DNA of 30,275 nt from a virus. Taxonomy: Duplodnaviria; Heunggongvirae; Uroviricota; Caudoviricetes. This document shows positions 10,404-20,285 of this stretch, piece after piece. How positions within the stretch are numbered: position 1 is the first letter of the stretch; every line of letters starts with the position of its first letter. Location of the stretch: positions 1-30,275 of IMG/VR virus record IMGVR_UViG_3300031994_000015; one strand, given 5' to 3'. A program made the position numbers and the translations under genes. The notes under the pieces are model-generated. The model was not told the DNA's origin, did not search any database, and worked only from the letters and a program-made list of their open reading frames with translations.

Positions 10404-10433
10404 AAAAGACAGTTCATTTGAACTGTCTTTTTT
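10404..10433 (+). terminator. intrinsic terminator
   Basis: AAAAGACAGTTCA-TT-TGAACTGTCTTTT followed by T run. Confidence 0.8.
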
Positions 10434-10470
10434 TATTTATCTATATTTATATAAAATTAACTTTAATAAT

Positions 10471-10815
10471 ATGGAAAGCAAAGTTAGTGAATATTTATGT
10501 CACAAAAATTTAAATGAACAAATAAATTTAGATAATTTTCTAATGGAAAATAAAGAAATGCGTACAGGTATGATTATGGATGCGGTTAATCAAACCGACA
10601 CTCAAAAGCAAGCTAAAGAAAATTTAGATGCCGCTGTTGGAGTAAAACAAGAGCAATTGTTAGAAGCTATGGCAAGATATAAAGCAGCTCATACACCTAA
10701 AATTAAGGAATATAAAATAGGTCGTAATGATCCTTGCCCTTGTGGCAGTGGAAAGAAGTATAAGAATTGCTGCTTATCATCAGGTAAATATGAAAATTAT
10801 AAGTTAGTTAAGTAA
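10471..10815 (+). CDS. SEC-C (SecA metal-binding motif) protein
   Basis: [20 protein letters not shown]; start may be 10543. Confidence 0.88.
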   Translation: MESKVSEYLCHKNLNEQINLDNFLMENKEMRTGMIMDAVNQTDTQKQAKENLDAAVGVKQEQLLEAMARYKAAHTPKIKEYKIGRNDPCPCGSGKKYKNCCLSSGKYENYKLVK

Positions 10816-10816
10816 T

Positions 10817-11146
10817 ATGAAATACACATTTGACGTTACAACTCGTGAAAACGAGAATATAATTAAATTAGATGTTAGTTATGGTTCTTTATCTAATAAT
10901 GTTACTCGTACGGTTACATTTGTAGGTGGAGAAGATCATGATGATCCAGCTTTAGATGAACTTTTAACTAATTGCATAGATAATATGCGTTTAACTGTTA
11001 AAGAACGTGAAGAAGCAATCTATAATGCCGGAGTATTTAAATGGTATATTCAACAATATGGAATAAATACTCAAAAAAAGGAAACAGAAAATGTCATGAT
11101 TGTTGAAAATAATGACTCAAGTGTAATACCACAAGAATTAGTATAA
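10817..11146 (+). CDS. hypothetical protein
   Basis: 109-aa ORF. Confidence 0.8.
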   Translation: MKYTFDVTTRENENIIKLDVSYGSLSNNVTRTVTFVGGEDHDDPALDELLTNCIDNMRLTVKEREEAIYNAGVFKWYIQQYGINTQKKETENVMIVENNDSSVIPQELV

Positions 11147-11442
11147 TGTTAAGTTTATTTGAGCAATTAAAAGAATATCCTGAAGAATTCATCAAAGCAT
11201 TGGATATAGTCAAATACAAGAATTTCGAAATATTTTTTACTGATGCATTAAAACGATTTAATGTCGTTGAAGATTATAATAAAATGTCACCTGAAGAAAG
11301 AAATGGTGCTTATGAATTATTTAAAAGAGTATATGTCTATGGATTTTATAATGGTGTAAGTTTTACACTTAATCCAGATAAATATTTTGATGAAACAGTA
11401 AAAGATTATCCAAATGACACCGATCCTAGAAAAGACTTGTAA
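11146..11442 (+). CDS. hypothetical protein
   Basis: 98-aa ORF, TAATG overlap. Confidence 0.8.
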   Translation: MLSLFEQLKEYPEEFIKALDIVKYKNFEIFFTDALKRFNVVEDYNKMSPEERNGAYELFKRVYVYGFYNGVSFTLNPDKYFDETVKDYPNDTDPRKDL

Positions 11443-11617
11443 ATGCATTAAAGAATGTATATTTGATGGTTATGAATTTCATAAAGGAAGAGAATATCAA
11501 GTAGATATTTATCCATTATTTAATAAAATATATAATAATGGTGGGTGGGATGACTACATATTCTTTGAAGATAATAATGAAAATAAATTTAACGAATATT
11601 TCAAGTTAATAGAATGA
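11414..11617 (+). CDS. hypothetical protein
   Basis: 67-aa ORF. Confidence 0.65.
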   Translation: MTPILEKTCKCIKECIFDGYEFHKGREYQVDIYPLFNKIYNNGGWDDYIFFEDNNENKFNEYFKLIE

Positions 11618-11796
11618 TTAAAGATATTGAAGTATTAAATGAGATAAAGGCAATTAGGAAGAAAACTGAATTATTAGCTAATCCTTTATATAATGATTTT
11701 TGTGGTTCTCATTTTTGGGGAGATATCGATAAGAGATTAGAACAAATTGAAAACGATATTGAAAAAGATTTAAAAGCATTTAATTTTTTAAAATAA
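11614..11796 (+). CDS. hypothetical protein
   Basis: 60-aa ORF, ATGA overlap. Confidence 0.7.
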   Translation: MIKDIEVLNEIKAIRKKTELLANPLYNDFCGSHFWGDIDKRLEQIENDIEKDLKAFNFLK

Positions 11797-11821
11797 AAAT
11801 GGAGGTCTTAGACCTCCATTT
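11797..11821. terminator. bidirectional intrinsic terminator
   Basis: AAATGGAGGTC-TTA-GACCTCCATTT between convergent genes; same outer stem as the 6655 hairpin. Confidence 0.8.
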
Positions 11822-11823
11822 AT

Positions 11824-12999
11824 TTATTTCATTTTTTTCTTCATATCTTCAATCATTTTTTCAACTTCTTTACAATATTCATCTACATCATTAAATTTTT
11901 CTTTAGCAGATGATTTGTCAAAGTTCCATTTATCAAAGTCCTTTTCATCAAAATCTTCACCTTTATCTTTTGCTCTTTGTTTTGCTCTTTCAGTTGCTTT
12001 ATCACCTTTTGCTTTATATTTGAATGCATCATAGAATGATTCATAAGCATGTGAACAATAAGATAAAAGTCGACCAACATCAAAGTATTCATCCATATTT
12101 TCAGGATTAGACATAATCTTTTCCATTGTGGCAATAGCTTCAGCATGAACTTTATTGATTCTTTCCATCAATTGTTTTGGATCTCCTTCAAGTTTCTTTG
12201 CTTTCATTTCTTTTACCATTGCTTGATAACGGGCTTTTTGTTCTTTAAGCATCTTCTTAAGAGATTCTTCATCATAATTAATTATACCTTTTTGTGAAGC
12301 AATACGTGTGTCATGAAGTTTGGTGTATTCTGCTTTCATATTATCAGTAATTTGAAGTACATAAACATCTAAACCACTAATTACCGTCATTGCTTCCTCA
12401 AACTTAAGAGATCTTTCACCATATTTATATTTTGTTGCTGTTTTTTCTGTAACGGCATCTCTATTACCATATTTTGATTTGAATCCAAAAACTCTTACAT
12501 CACCAGGAGTATTTGAATATCCTTTAATGAACATTACTACATTTTGAGTACCTGGTTCGCAACAAATAAAATTAGCTTGGTTTTTCTTTGAATAGCAATC
12601 CTTAAGTATTTTACTAAAAGTTTTGTCATCGGCACTAACTGATTTATATAGTTCAAAATCATCATCTTTAATTTCATTCCATTTAAGACCTTGTAAACCA
12701 GTTTTTTGATCACCATAACGTTGATGGAGTGTTATTGGGCCAAATATTGATGCAAATGATTTTGCCGTTTTACTTGGAGTACCAGAATAACCGTTATCTT
12801 TATAATGTTGTTCTGTTTTTCTATCATGTTCAGCATTATCCTTTTCTGCATCTTGAATAGCTTTAGCAAGAGCTTTTAAAATAGAAGCTTTAAAACTTTC
12901 ATTAATTTGAAGAACTTCTTCTCCTTCAAGTATAGCATATTCTTCTAAGACTTGTTTCATATACACAGCCTTATTCAATGATTCATATAAACTTTGCAT
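11824..12999 (-). CDS. hypothetical protein, possibly capsid-internal
   Basis: 391 aa; N-terminal cluster of L/I-X-E motifs (LYE, LEE, ILE, INE). Confidence 0.8.
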   Translation of the reverse strand: MQSLYESLNKAVYMKQVLEEYAILEGEEVLQINESFKASILKALAKAIQDAEKDNAEHDRKTEQHYKDNGYSGTPSKTAKSFASIFGPITLHQRYGDQKTGLQGLKWNEIKDDDFELYKSVSADDKTFSKILKDCYSKKNQANFICCEPGTQNVVMFIKGYSNTPGDVRVFGFKSKYGNRDAVTEKTATKYKYGERSLKFEEAMTVISGLDVYVLQITDNMKAEYTKLHDTRIASQKGIINYDEESLKKMLKEQKARYQAMVKEMKAKKLEGDPKQLMERINKVHAEAIATMEKIMSNPENMDEYFDVGRLLSYCSHAYESFYDAFKYKAKGDKATERAKQRAKDKGEDFDEKDFDKWNFDKSSAKEKFNDVDEYCKEVEKMIEDMKKKMK

Positions 13000-13059
13000 A
13001 TTTATAAAAATTATATTTAATTTTATTTATTAAAAATAATTATTTTCAAAACAATAAAA

Positions 13060-13097
13060 TTGAATTTTTACATATAATTTCTATATTATATTTGTAA
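13060..13097 (+). promoter_or_regulatory. repeated phage promoter motif
   Basis: TTGAAT-N14-TCTATATT-N5-TGTAA. Confidence 0.75.
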
Positions 13098-13114
13098 AAA
13101 CAAAGAGTATAGAT

Positions 13115-13387
13115 ATGGCACAAATTTATCCTTATTATGTAGTAGCTCGTATTGATGCAGGTCAAATGGTAAAAATCTTTCATGATAAGAAGTTTAATTC
13201 TTACATGGCAGCTGTAGATGCTATGAATAGAAAATATGAGTCATTAAGAAAGGTTTATAACAGAAATCTAATGGAGGATTCTCAAATTGTTATTTTAGAA
13301 TATACTAAACAATATCAAGGAAAAATTTGTACAATATATAGCTTTAATAAACGAATTCAAATAAGTGATCCAGAGGAGGCAATATGA
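13115..13387 (+). CDS. hypothetical protein
   Basis: 90-aa ORF after promoter. Confidence 0.8.
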   Translation: MAQIYPYYVVARIDAGQMVKIFHDKKFNSYMAAVDAMNRKYESLRKVYNRNLMEDSQIVILEYTKQYQGKICTIYSFNKRIQISDPEEAI

Positions 13388-13581
13388 TAATTAAAACGGC
13401 ACATGGTAGACGTAGTGGAATCCATGCTAAAGAACATATAAAATATAAACCATTCGGGATTTATATTACTAGACCAGAAATTCCACCATTTGGTAGAGGT
13501 AAATATATGAAAGGAATTTATTATCTTAATTTTAGGTGGAAACTTAAGATATTTCAAATAATGTTTAATTTTAATAAATGA
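13384..13581 (+). CDS. small basic hypothetical protein
   Basis: 65-aa ORF, ATGA overlaps at both ends. Confidence 0.7.
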   Translation: MIIKTAHGRRSGIHAKEHIKYKPFGIYITRPEIPPFGRGKYMKGIYYLNFRWKLKIFQIMFNFNK

Positions 13582-14273
13582 ATAAGCCAATTAGAAATAT
13601 ACTTTGTTATTCTCATTATGATTTTGATAATATAATGAGAGATCACTGTTGGACAGATAAACTTCCTGAAGGGGTTTCTGCAATATCAATATGTTCTCCA
13701 AATGAGGGTGATCTAGCAGAACATTGGTTTAAGAAAGAGCATAAAGATGGATTAACTAGTTCAAGAGTATTTAATCTTGATATTGATGATTTAAGTCCAT
13801 TTTGGTTTGAAAATCATGAAAGTAAATGTTATGATGATGCTTTAGATTTATTTAATGATGGAAAAATTAAAGAGTCAAACAGATATTTCAACTATCTCTA
13901 TATATCTGGTCCAAACAGAGAATGGGTGGATATTGTACATGCTCTTGACTATGAAGAAGCATTTGACCTCGCAAAATGGATTGATTTTAGAATCAAACAT
14001 GATGAAACAATTTATATACACTGCGCAGTCGGGGCTTCAAGAAGTCAAGGTGTTGTAAGATATATTGTTGATACTTATAAATATGATTATGATATTAGAT
14101 TGAATCCAAACAATCCTAATAATACATATAATCCACATGTATTGATGATGTTGAAACGTGCATATATGAATAGTGATTTTTATTCTTGTATAACACGTGA
14201 TGATGAACATGATTATTTGAATTATACAGAACCAATGAAGTTTAATAAAGATATTAAAATCAATTTAGTATGA
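13578..14273 (+). CDS. protein-tyrosine/dual-specificity phosphatase-like protein
   Basis: IHCAVGASRS = HCX5R(S/T) P-loop. Confidence 0.85.
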   Translation: MNKPIRNILCYSHYDFDNIMRDHCWTDKLPEGVSAISICSPNEGDLAEHWFKKEHKDGLTSSRVFNLDIDDLSPFWFENHESKCYDDALDLFNDGKIKESNRYFNYLYISGPNREWVDIVHALDYEEAFDLAKWIDFRIKHDETIYIHCAVGASRSQGVVRYIVDTYKYDYDIRLNPNNPNNTYNPHVLMMLKRAYMNSDFYSCITRDDEHDYLNYTEPMKFNKDIKINLV

Positions 14274-14464
14274 CAGATATAAAAGCAATTGCAGAAGAAT
14301 TAGTTAATCTAACAGCACAAGAAGTAAATGAACTTGCTATGGTTATGAAACATGATATGGATATACCAGCAGTTCGTTATGAAGAACCCAAATATAGAGA
14401 TAATAAAAATCTTACACCAAAGCAATATGGTCAAATGAAAAATTATAAACACAATAAAAGATAA
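14270..14464 (+). CDS. ribosomal protein L7/L12 N-terminal (dimerisation) domain protein, lacking the C-terminal domain
   Basis: MTDIKAIAEELVNLTAQEVNELA resembles the Bacteroidetes bL12 N-terminus; followed by an unrelated basic tail. Confidence 0.8.
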   Translation: MTDIKAIAEELVNLTAQEVNELAMVMKHDMDIPAVRYEEPKYRDNKNLTPKQYGQMKNYKHNKR

Positions 14465-14468
14465 TAAT

Positions 14469-14621
14469 ATGACTAATAAAGAATTGATGATTGCCTATAA
14501 AGTTATTTCTAAAATGATGAAAGAAAATACAAGAGCAAGTTATAACAATTCATTTGTAACTGTAAAGAATTGTTTAGCTAATAAAATTTGTGAGCAATTA
14601 GAAGATGGCCAGCAATTTTAA
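14469..14621 (+). CDS. small hypothetical protein (50 aa, MTNKELMIAYKVISK...)
   Basis: Fills gap before terminator; below ORF-track cutoff. Confidence 0.6.
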   Translation: MTNKELMIAYKVISKMMKENTRASYNNSFVTVKNCLANKICEQLEDGQQF

Positions 14622-14666
14622 TAAGGAATAACTAATACGAAAATCCTAATTATATTAAAGTAGTCG

Positions 14667-14693
14667 AAAGAAGAGATTAATTTCTCTTCTTTT
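14667..14693 (+). terminator. intrinsic terminator
   Basis: AAAGAAGAGA-loop-TCTCTTCTTT hairpin. Confidence 0.7.
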
Positions 14694-14727
14694 GTTCTAT
14701 ATTATATTATAAATAAATATTTAGAAT

Positions 14728-15786
14728 ATGGAACAGAAAGATTATTTAATCATTTATCATAGAGAAGATAATGATGGTGTATTTTCTGCTGCTATTATAG
14801 AAGATTATATCATTAATTCTCTTGGTAAAAACCTCGAAGATTTAGTATTTTTAGGTGCAGATTATAATATGCTTAATGGTTTTATTAAGGATAGTTATAA
14901 TACTCCTGAGCAATTACATAAAGATTTTAAGCATATTGTCATGACTGACATTTCATTTAATGATACCAAGTTCATGAAGAAACTTTATAAAGAGTTTGGT
15001 TCTGATTTTATATGGATTGACCATCATGCACCTATAATTCAAGAATCTATTAAGATGAATTTTGATGAGATTCCTGGAGTACGTGATACACAACGTTCAG
15101 CTATTCTTAATGCTTGGAAATTTTTATATGATCCATTTGATGAAGCTTACAAAGAAAAGAAAGTACCTGAATTACTTCGAATTTTGTCAGGTTGGGATTC
15201 TTGGTCATATGAAAGAGAAGGTTACACTAATGATTATGTAAGAAATATTAATAAAGCTGTAACTATCAAGTATCATTTGTCATTAAGTGAAGCTCGTAAA
15301 ATTGTACATGATTTGGTTAATGTATATGTTAAGAATGAGCCTTCCGGTAATATGTCAGGAGTTTTTAAGGATGGACCACTTATTGAACAACTTCATGAAT
15401 ATGGAAAACAACTTAATGATTATGATGATATAACTAATAGAAGTATTATTGAAATATCAGGAGATAAATCTTGGGAATTAGTCATTCATGATAAAGATTT
15501 AGACGAGACAAAAGTTCGTAAGTGTTGTGCAATATTCCATCAAGGTGCTACCAATTCATTAATGTTCAAATCATTACGTAATACTGATATTAGAAATGGT
15601 ATAGTGTTTAAGCATAACCCAAGTGGTACATGGACAATATCATTATATAATATTAATGATGATGATTGGTTCCACTGTGGAGAATATTGTAAAGAAACTT
15701 ATGGTGGTGGAGGACATAAAGGAGCTGCTGGTTGTCAAGTTTCCGAATCACAATTTATTAAGATTCTTAAAGCTAAGAAGATATAA
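14728..15786 (+). CDS. DHH/DHHA1 family phosphoesterase
   Basis: YHREDNDG, TD, WIDHH, GGGGHKGAAG motifs. Confidence 0.9.
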   Translation: MEQKDYLIIYHREDNDGVFSAAIIEDYIINSLGKNLEDLVFLGADYNMLNGFIKDSYNTPEQLHKDFKHIVMTDISFNDTKFMKKLYKEFGSDFIWIDHHAPIIQESIKMNFDEIPGVRDTQRSAILNAWKFLYDPFDEAYKEKKVPELLRILSGWDSWSYEREGYTNDYVRNINKAVTIKYHLSLSEARKIVHDLVNVYVKNEPSGNMSGVFKDGPLIEQLHEYGKQLNDYDDITNRSIIEISGDKSWELVIHDKDLDETKVRKCCAIFHQGATNSLMFKSLRNTDIRNGIVFKHNPSGTWTISLYNINDDDWFHCGEYCKETYGGGGHKGAAGCQVSESQFIKILKAKKI

Positions 15787-15808
15787 GAATAATTAAAATA
15801 TGTTAAAT

Positions 15809-15836
15809 AAAGGTTGATTTCAAAGTCAACCTTTTT
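15809..15836 (+). terminator. intrinsic terminator
   Basis: AAAGGTTGATT-loop-AGTCAACCTTT plus T run. Confidence 0.75.
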
Positions 15837-16000
15837 CTATTTTAAATTGATTATCTAATCACAAAAATTTTAACAATTATTTACGAAATATTATTAAATT
15901 TTAATTAAATAATATATGGATTTAAAATCTATGTATTGAATATTTTTATATACTATCCTATTAAAATGATAGAATTTGACAAAAATATTAACGAATATGA

Positions 16001-18565
16001 ATGATTATAATTAAACGAGATGGTACTCCCCAAGAATATTCTTTCTTGAAAATCGCGGATGCCGTACATAAAGCGTTTGCTTCGGTAGACCAAGATGTTC
16101 CAGATAAGTTTCTTGAGCAAGTAAAAGATTCAGTAGAAAAGCTAATTATCAAGAACAATGGTAATGGTACAGGTATAGAAGAAATTCAAGATTGCATTCA
16201 AAATGAGCTTATTAAGCGTAATAAGTTTGAAGTTGTAGAATCATTTATTGCATATCGTAAAGAACGTGAACGTATTCGTTTGGAAAATACCGATTTGATT
16301 AAACAAATTGAAGAAAAGCTTTATGCAACAAATGTACAAAACCAAAATGCTAATTTAGATGAAGACTCTTTTGGTGGTCGTTTAGGAGAAACTTCAGGTG
16401 TTGTCGCTAAAGATAGAGCTCTTAAGAAGATGTCTAAAATTGGTCGTAAGAATCATGAAGGAAATATGGTTTATATCCATGACTTAGACCATTGGTTAGT
16501 AGGTGATCACAACTGCTTGTCATATCCATTTGATAGTAAACTTAAAGATGGTGTTGTTACAAGACAAACTGATGTTAGAACAGCCGGTTCAATTAATACT
16601 GCTATGCAACTTGTTGCTGTTAATTTCCAATTACAATCATTACAACAATTTGGTGGTGTTGCCGCTACACATATTGACTGGTCTATGGTACCTTACGTCC
16701 GTAAATCATATAGAAAACACTATATCTTTGATTGGATTAAGAAACAACCAGAATTTTCAGATCTTGATATTTTAGGTTTAACATATGAAGAGCTTAAACA
16801 CTGGGTTGAAAATATGATTACTAAGTTTTATTTAACTACAAAACTTAAGGATGAAGATTTTACATTTGCTAATAAGAATCTTGATAATCAATTACGTCAA
16901 GAATCATTATTAGATACAAAACAAGAAACATACCAAGCGGTTGAAGGTATGTATCATAATTTAAATACTCTTCAATCACGTTCAGGTAATCAACTTCCAT
17001 TTACTTCTATAAATTATGGTACTTGTACAGAATTAGAAGGACGTATGGTAACTAAAGCCCTTCTTGAAGTTTCTATAGAAGGACTTGGTAAACATGGTGT
17101 AACATCAATATTCCCTTGTGGAATTTTTCAAATTAAAAAAGGAGTTAATTTCAAACCAGGTGATCCGAACTATGATTTGAAGCGTCTTGCATTGAAATCA
17201 ACAACTATGCGTATTTATCCTAACTATGCTAATTGTGATTGGTCAAATCAAGTAAATTGGTTTAATGCTGATAGAAAACAAAAACAAGAATATATTGAGT
17301 CATTATCTGATCATGATTATGTACAATTGACAAGTGCTATTGAAGATGAACCAAAAATATGTTTTGATAAAGTTGGTTTATATGTTGATGATAGTAAACG
17401 AATTCGTGTAGATATGACAGAACGTCCTATTGAATATTTCTCTACAATGGGTTGTCGTACTGTAAATGGTCTTGATATTAATGCATTTGATAATTTCAAG
17501 AGAAACGTACAATGCATTATGGATGGTAGATATGATGATATAGATGATGTGTTCTCAAGTGTTATTAAAGATGGTCGTGGTAATATTTGTCCTACAACAA
17601 TTATTATGCCAACACTTGCAGCTATGACTCGTAAGAAACTTGAAAAGAAATGGGAAGATTCTGGTGCTGAATATGTTAAAGGACCTGAATATGAAGAAAT
17701 GATGTTCTCTGAATTTATGAAACTTCTCGACAAGAAGATTCATGAGGCTAAAGATATGTTACTTGAACGTTTCAATCATATTTGTTCACAATCACCAAAA
17801 TCTGCTCGTTATATGTATGAAAATCATACTATGGCTGGATATCATGAAGAAGAAGGAATTATTTCAGCTCTTAAGCATGGTACAATTGTTATTGGTCAAT
17901 TAGGTATGGCCGAAACTCTTCAACTTTTATTTGGTTATGATCATACTACAAATAAAGGAATGGAATATGCTAAGAAGATTGAACAATTATTCTTAGATAG
18001 AACCTCAGAATTCAAAAAAGAATATAAACTCAATTTTGGTGTTTATTATACTCCTGCTGAATCATTATGCCATACAGCTATGAAGAAATTCCGTAAAGCA
18101 TTCCCTCAATATTGTCTTGAAAATGTAACATATTACATTAAGAAAGATGGTGAAAAGAAAGAGAAAGAATATTTTACAAACTCTATTCATGTACCAGTTT
18201 ATTATGAATGTGATCCATTTAAGAAGATTGATATTGAAAGTCAATTGACAACTTATTCAAATGCCGGTTGTATTACTTATGTAGAGTTACCAAGTATATC
18301 ATTCAATAATATAGATGGTGTTGAAAAAATAGTTGATTATGCTATTGAACATGATATCCCTTATTTTGCATTGAATTTCCCTCTTAATAGATGTGCAAGA
18401 TGTGGTGAACCTATTTATGATTCTGATTTAGAAGAATGTCCAAAATGTGGTTGCAAGAAAATAATTAGATTAGGTCGTGTAACTGGTTATCTTTCTACAA
18501 CAGTTGAACATTTTAATAAAGGTAAACAAGATGAATTTTATGATAGAGTAAAACACATGAAATAA
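16001..18565 (+). CDS. nrdD: anaerobic (class III) ribonucleoside-triphosphate reductase
   Basis: N-terminal ATP cone (IIKRDG), YIHDLD, TMGCRT, YYTPAESL, C-terminal CxxC..CxxC and RVTGYL glycyl-radical motif. Confidence 0.96.
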   Translation: MIIIKRDGTPQEYSFLKIADAVHKAFASVDQDVPDKFLEQVKDSVEKLIIKNNGNGTGIEEIQDCIQNELIKRNKFEVVESFIAYRKERERIRLENTDLIKQIEEKLYATNVQNQNANLDEDSFGGRLGETSGVVAKDRALKKMSKIGRKNHEGNMVYIHDLDHWLVGDHNCLSYPFDSKLKDGVVTRQTDVRTAGSINTAMQLVAVNFQLQSLQQFGGVAATHIDWSMVPYVRKSYRKHYIFDWIKKQPEFSDLDILGLTYEELKHWVENMITKFYLTTKLKDEDFTFANKNLDNQLRQESLLDTKQETYQAVEGMYHNLNTLQSRSGNQLPFTSINYGTCTELEGRMVTKALLEVSIEGLGKHGVTSIFPCGIFQIKKGVNFKPGDPNYDLKRLALKSTTMRIYPNYANCDWSNQVNWFNADRKQKQEYIESLSDHDYVQLTSAIEDEPKICFDKVGLYVDDSKRIRVDMTERPIEYFSTMGCRTVNGLDINAFDNFKRNVQCIMDGRYDDIDDVFSSVIKDGRGNICPTTIIMPTLAAMTRKKLEKKWEDSGAEYVKGPEYEEMMFSEFMKLLDKKIHEAKDMLLERFNHICSQSPKSARYMYENHTMAGYHEEEGIISALKHGTIVIGQLGMAETLQLLFGYDHTTNKGMEYAKKIEQLFLDRTSEFKKEYKLNFGVYYTPAESLCHTAMKKFRKAFPQYCLENVTYYIKKDGEKKEKEYFTNSIHVPVYYECDPFKKIDIESQLTTYSNAGCITYVELPSISFNNIDGVEKIVDYAIEHDIPYFALNFPLNRCARCGEPIYDSDLEECPKCGCKKIIRLGRVTGYLSTTVEHFNKGKQDEFYDRVKHMK

Positions 18566-18583
18566 TTTATCTATTTTATATTT

Positions 18584-18865
18584 ATGAGTAGATCTATTGT
18601 TTCAAGAAGACATAAAAATGCTGTTATCATGAAATTATGGGGTGGAGACTCCGATAAAAAAGATAAACAAAAAGCAAATAGATCTTTTAGACGTCTATCT
18701 CGTATGGACGCTAAAAGATCTACTTTATTAGAAGAAGATGCATTTAAGTATTATGATATGAAAGAAATATCAGATACATGGTCATTTAGATCTGATGGTT
18801 TATCTCATTACTGGGATATATCGAATTATGATAAAGAAGAATTTAATAGGTTAAAAAGCAAATGA
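18584..18865 (+). CDS. basic hypothetical protein
   Basis: 93-aa Arg/Lys-rich ORF. Confidence 0.75.
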   Translation: MSRSIVSRRHKNAVIMKLWGGDSDKKDKQKANRSFRRLSRMDAKRSTLLEEDAFKYYDMKEISDTWSFRSDGLSHYWDISNYDKEEFNRLKSK

Positions 18866-19014
18866 TAGTATATAATAAGAAAACAAATAAACTTGAAGCT
18901 TCCGGTCCTGGAGGATATAATGGTTTACCATTTGATAATGGTTGCGGAGGTATAGTTATTTGTTTTATTTTACTAATTTTAATGTTGATAGGAATAAAAT
19001 ATAATTTAATTTAG
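18862..19014 (+). CDS. small membrane protein (50 aa)
   Basis: ATGA overlap with upstream gene; C-terminal hydrophobic helix; ends in TAG 1 nt before nrdG ATG. Confidence 0.6.
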   Translation: MIVYNKKTNKLEASGPGGYNGLPFDNGCGGIVICFILLILMLIGIKYNLI

Positions 19015-19015
19015 C

Positions 19016-19516
19016 ATGCTTAGAATAGTAGATATAACTGCACCAGATATAAATAATGGAAATGGATTAAGAGTAACTTTATGGGTTGCTGGATGTAATC
19101 ATAGATGTAAAGGATGTCATAATGCTTGGACATGGAAATATGAACAAGGTAGAGTTTTTTCTGAAGAGCAAAATAAGATATTTGAAGAACTATCAGAATG
19201 GTTAGATAGAGATTATATAGAAGGATTAACATTATCTGGTGGAGATCCGTTGGCTCAAGATAACGATGGTCTTTGTGAACTTTATTCAATCATTAAATGG
19301 TTTAAAGAAAAATACCCTACAAAAAATATTTGGCTTTATACTGGATATACTAAAGAAGAAATTGATAGTATGAATGATTATATCTTACATAAAATAGTTG
19401 ATTCTATCAATGTTTTAGTAGATGGTCCTTATATAGAAGAAAAAAGAGATATCGCCCATACTCCATTTAGAGGAAGTACTAATCAAAGGTTAATTTACAT
19501 AAATAATCAAAAATAA
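19016..19516 (+). CDS. nrdG: anaerobic ribonucleotide reductase activating protein (radical SAM)
   Basis: GCNHRCKGCHN CX3CX2C, LSGGDP, WLYTGY, DG.Y, FRGSTNQR. Confidence 0.96.
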   Translation: MLRIVDITAPDINNGNGLRVTLWVAGCNHRCKGCHNAWTWKYEQGRVFSEEQNKIFEELSEWLDRDYIEGLTLSGGDPLAQDNDGLCELYSIIKWFKEKYPTKNIWLYTGYTKEEIDSMNDYILHKIVDSINVLVDGPYIEEKRDIAHTPFRGSTNQRLIYINNQK

Positions 19517-19559
19517 TTTATTTTTAAATAGATAAATTGAATTATATTAAAAATATGTT

Positions 19560-20264
19560 ATGATTATTAAATCGAAAATTCCTATTTTTATAGTAGTAGA
19601 TACACATACACCAGAGATTAAGAAGTTGAATGTTGCATTATTACCTTATGCATTTTATTATGTAAAAATATTGCAAACTCTTGAAAGAGTTGTTATTATA
19701 GCAGAAGATGATGAGGTATTGGAATATGCGCAAAAATTAGGATTTAAGTATACTTATAAAACAAAGAACCAAAGTACTAAATATACTTTAAGATATACAG
19801 GTATATATAATCATATGATGGAATTTCCGACAGATTATGATTGGTTTATCGCTCTTAGATTAGACCAACCATTTAAATCTGAAAATCTTATTTTAGATGC
19901 TATTCGTGGAATAAAATGGGATTTGGATTTTATAGTATCTACTTCTAAAATGACTGATAGAGAAAGATTGTTTATTAATGAAGATAATAAATTTATACAA
20001 TTGATAAATAATTCTAATAGAAATTTTGAAGAATGTGTGGTTACTGATATGGTGGATCTTTCAGTACTTTGTATTAAAACTGAATTTTTTAAAAAGTGTG
20101 TAGAATCAAATGATTTCTATGGAACTCTTTGGACCGGTAAATTTGAAACAATTAAAAATGATTCAATGTTTATACAAATTTTAGGGCACCATCACACAGA
20201 AAGATTTGAGAAGGTACACGATATATTTATGGAGGTACAAAAACTCCCAAAATTTGGAGAATAA
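19560..20264 (+). CDS. divergent cytidylyltransferase-like (NeuA/KdsB fold) protein
   Basis: EDDEVLEYAQKLG and DWFIALRLDQPF..ENLILDAI resemble NeuA/KdsB segments; the N-terminal ARxxSK motif is absent. Confidence 0.45.
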   Translation: MIIKSKIPIFIVVDTHTPEIKKLNVALLPYAFYYVKILQTLERVVIIAEDDEVLEYAQKLGFKYTYKTKNQSTKYTLRYTGIYNHMMEFPTDYDWFIALRLDQPFKSENLILDAIRGIKWDLDFIVSTSKMTDRERLFINEDNKFIQLINNSNRNFEECVVTDMVDLSVLCIKTEFFKKCVESNDFYGTLWTGKFETIKNDSMFIQILGHHHTERFEKVHDIFMEVQKLPKFGE

Positions 20265-20285
20265 ATAATTTGATTATTATATCAT

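Noticed and set aside
16001-18565. Intein or intron in nrdD (long protein with insertions)
   Set aside because: Continuous ORF; no intein splice motifs or homing endonuclease signature seen; insertions are short
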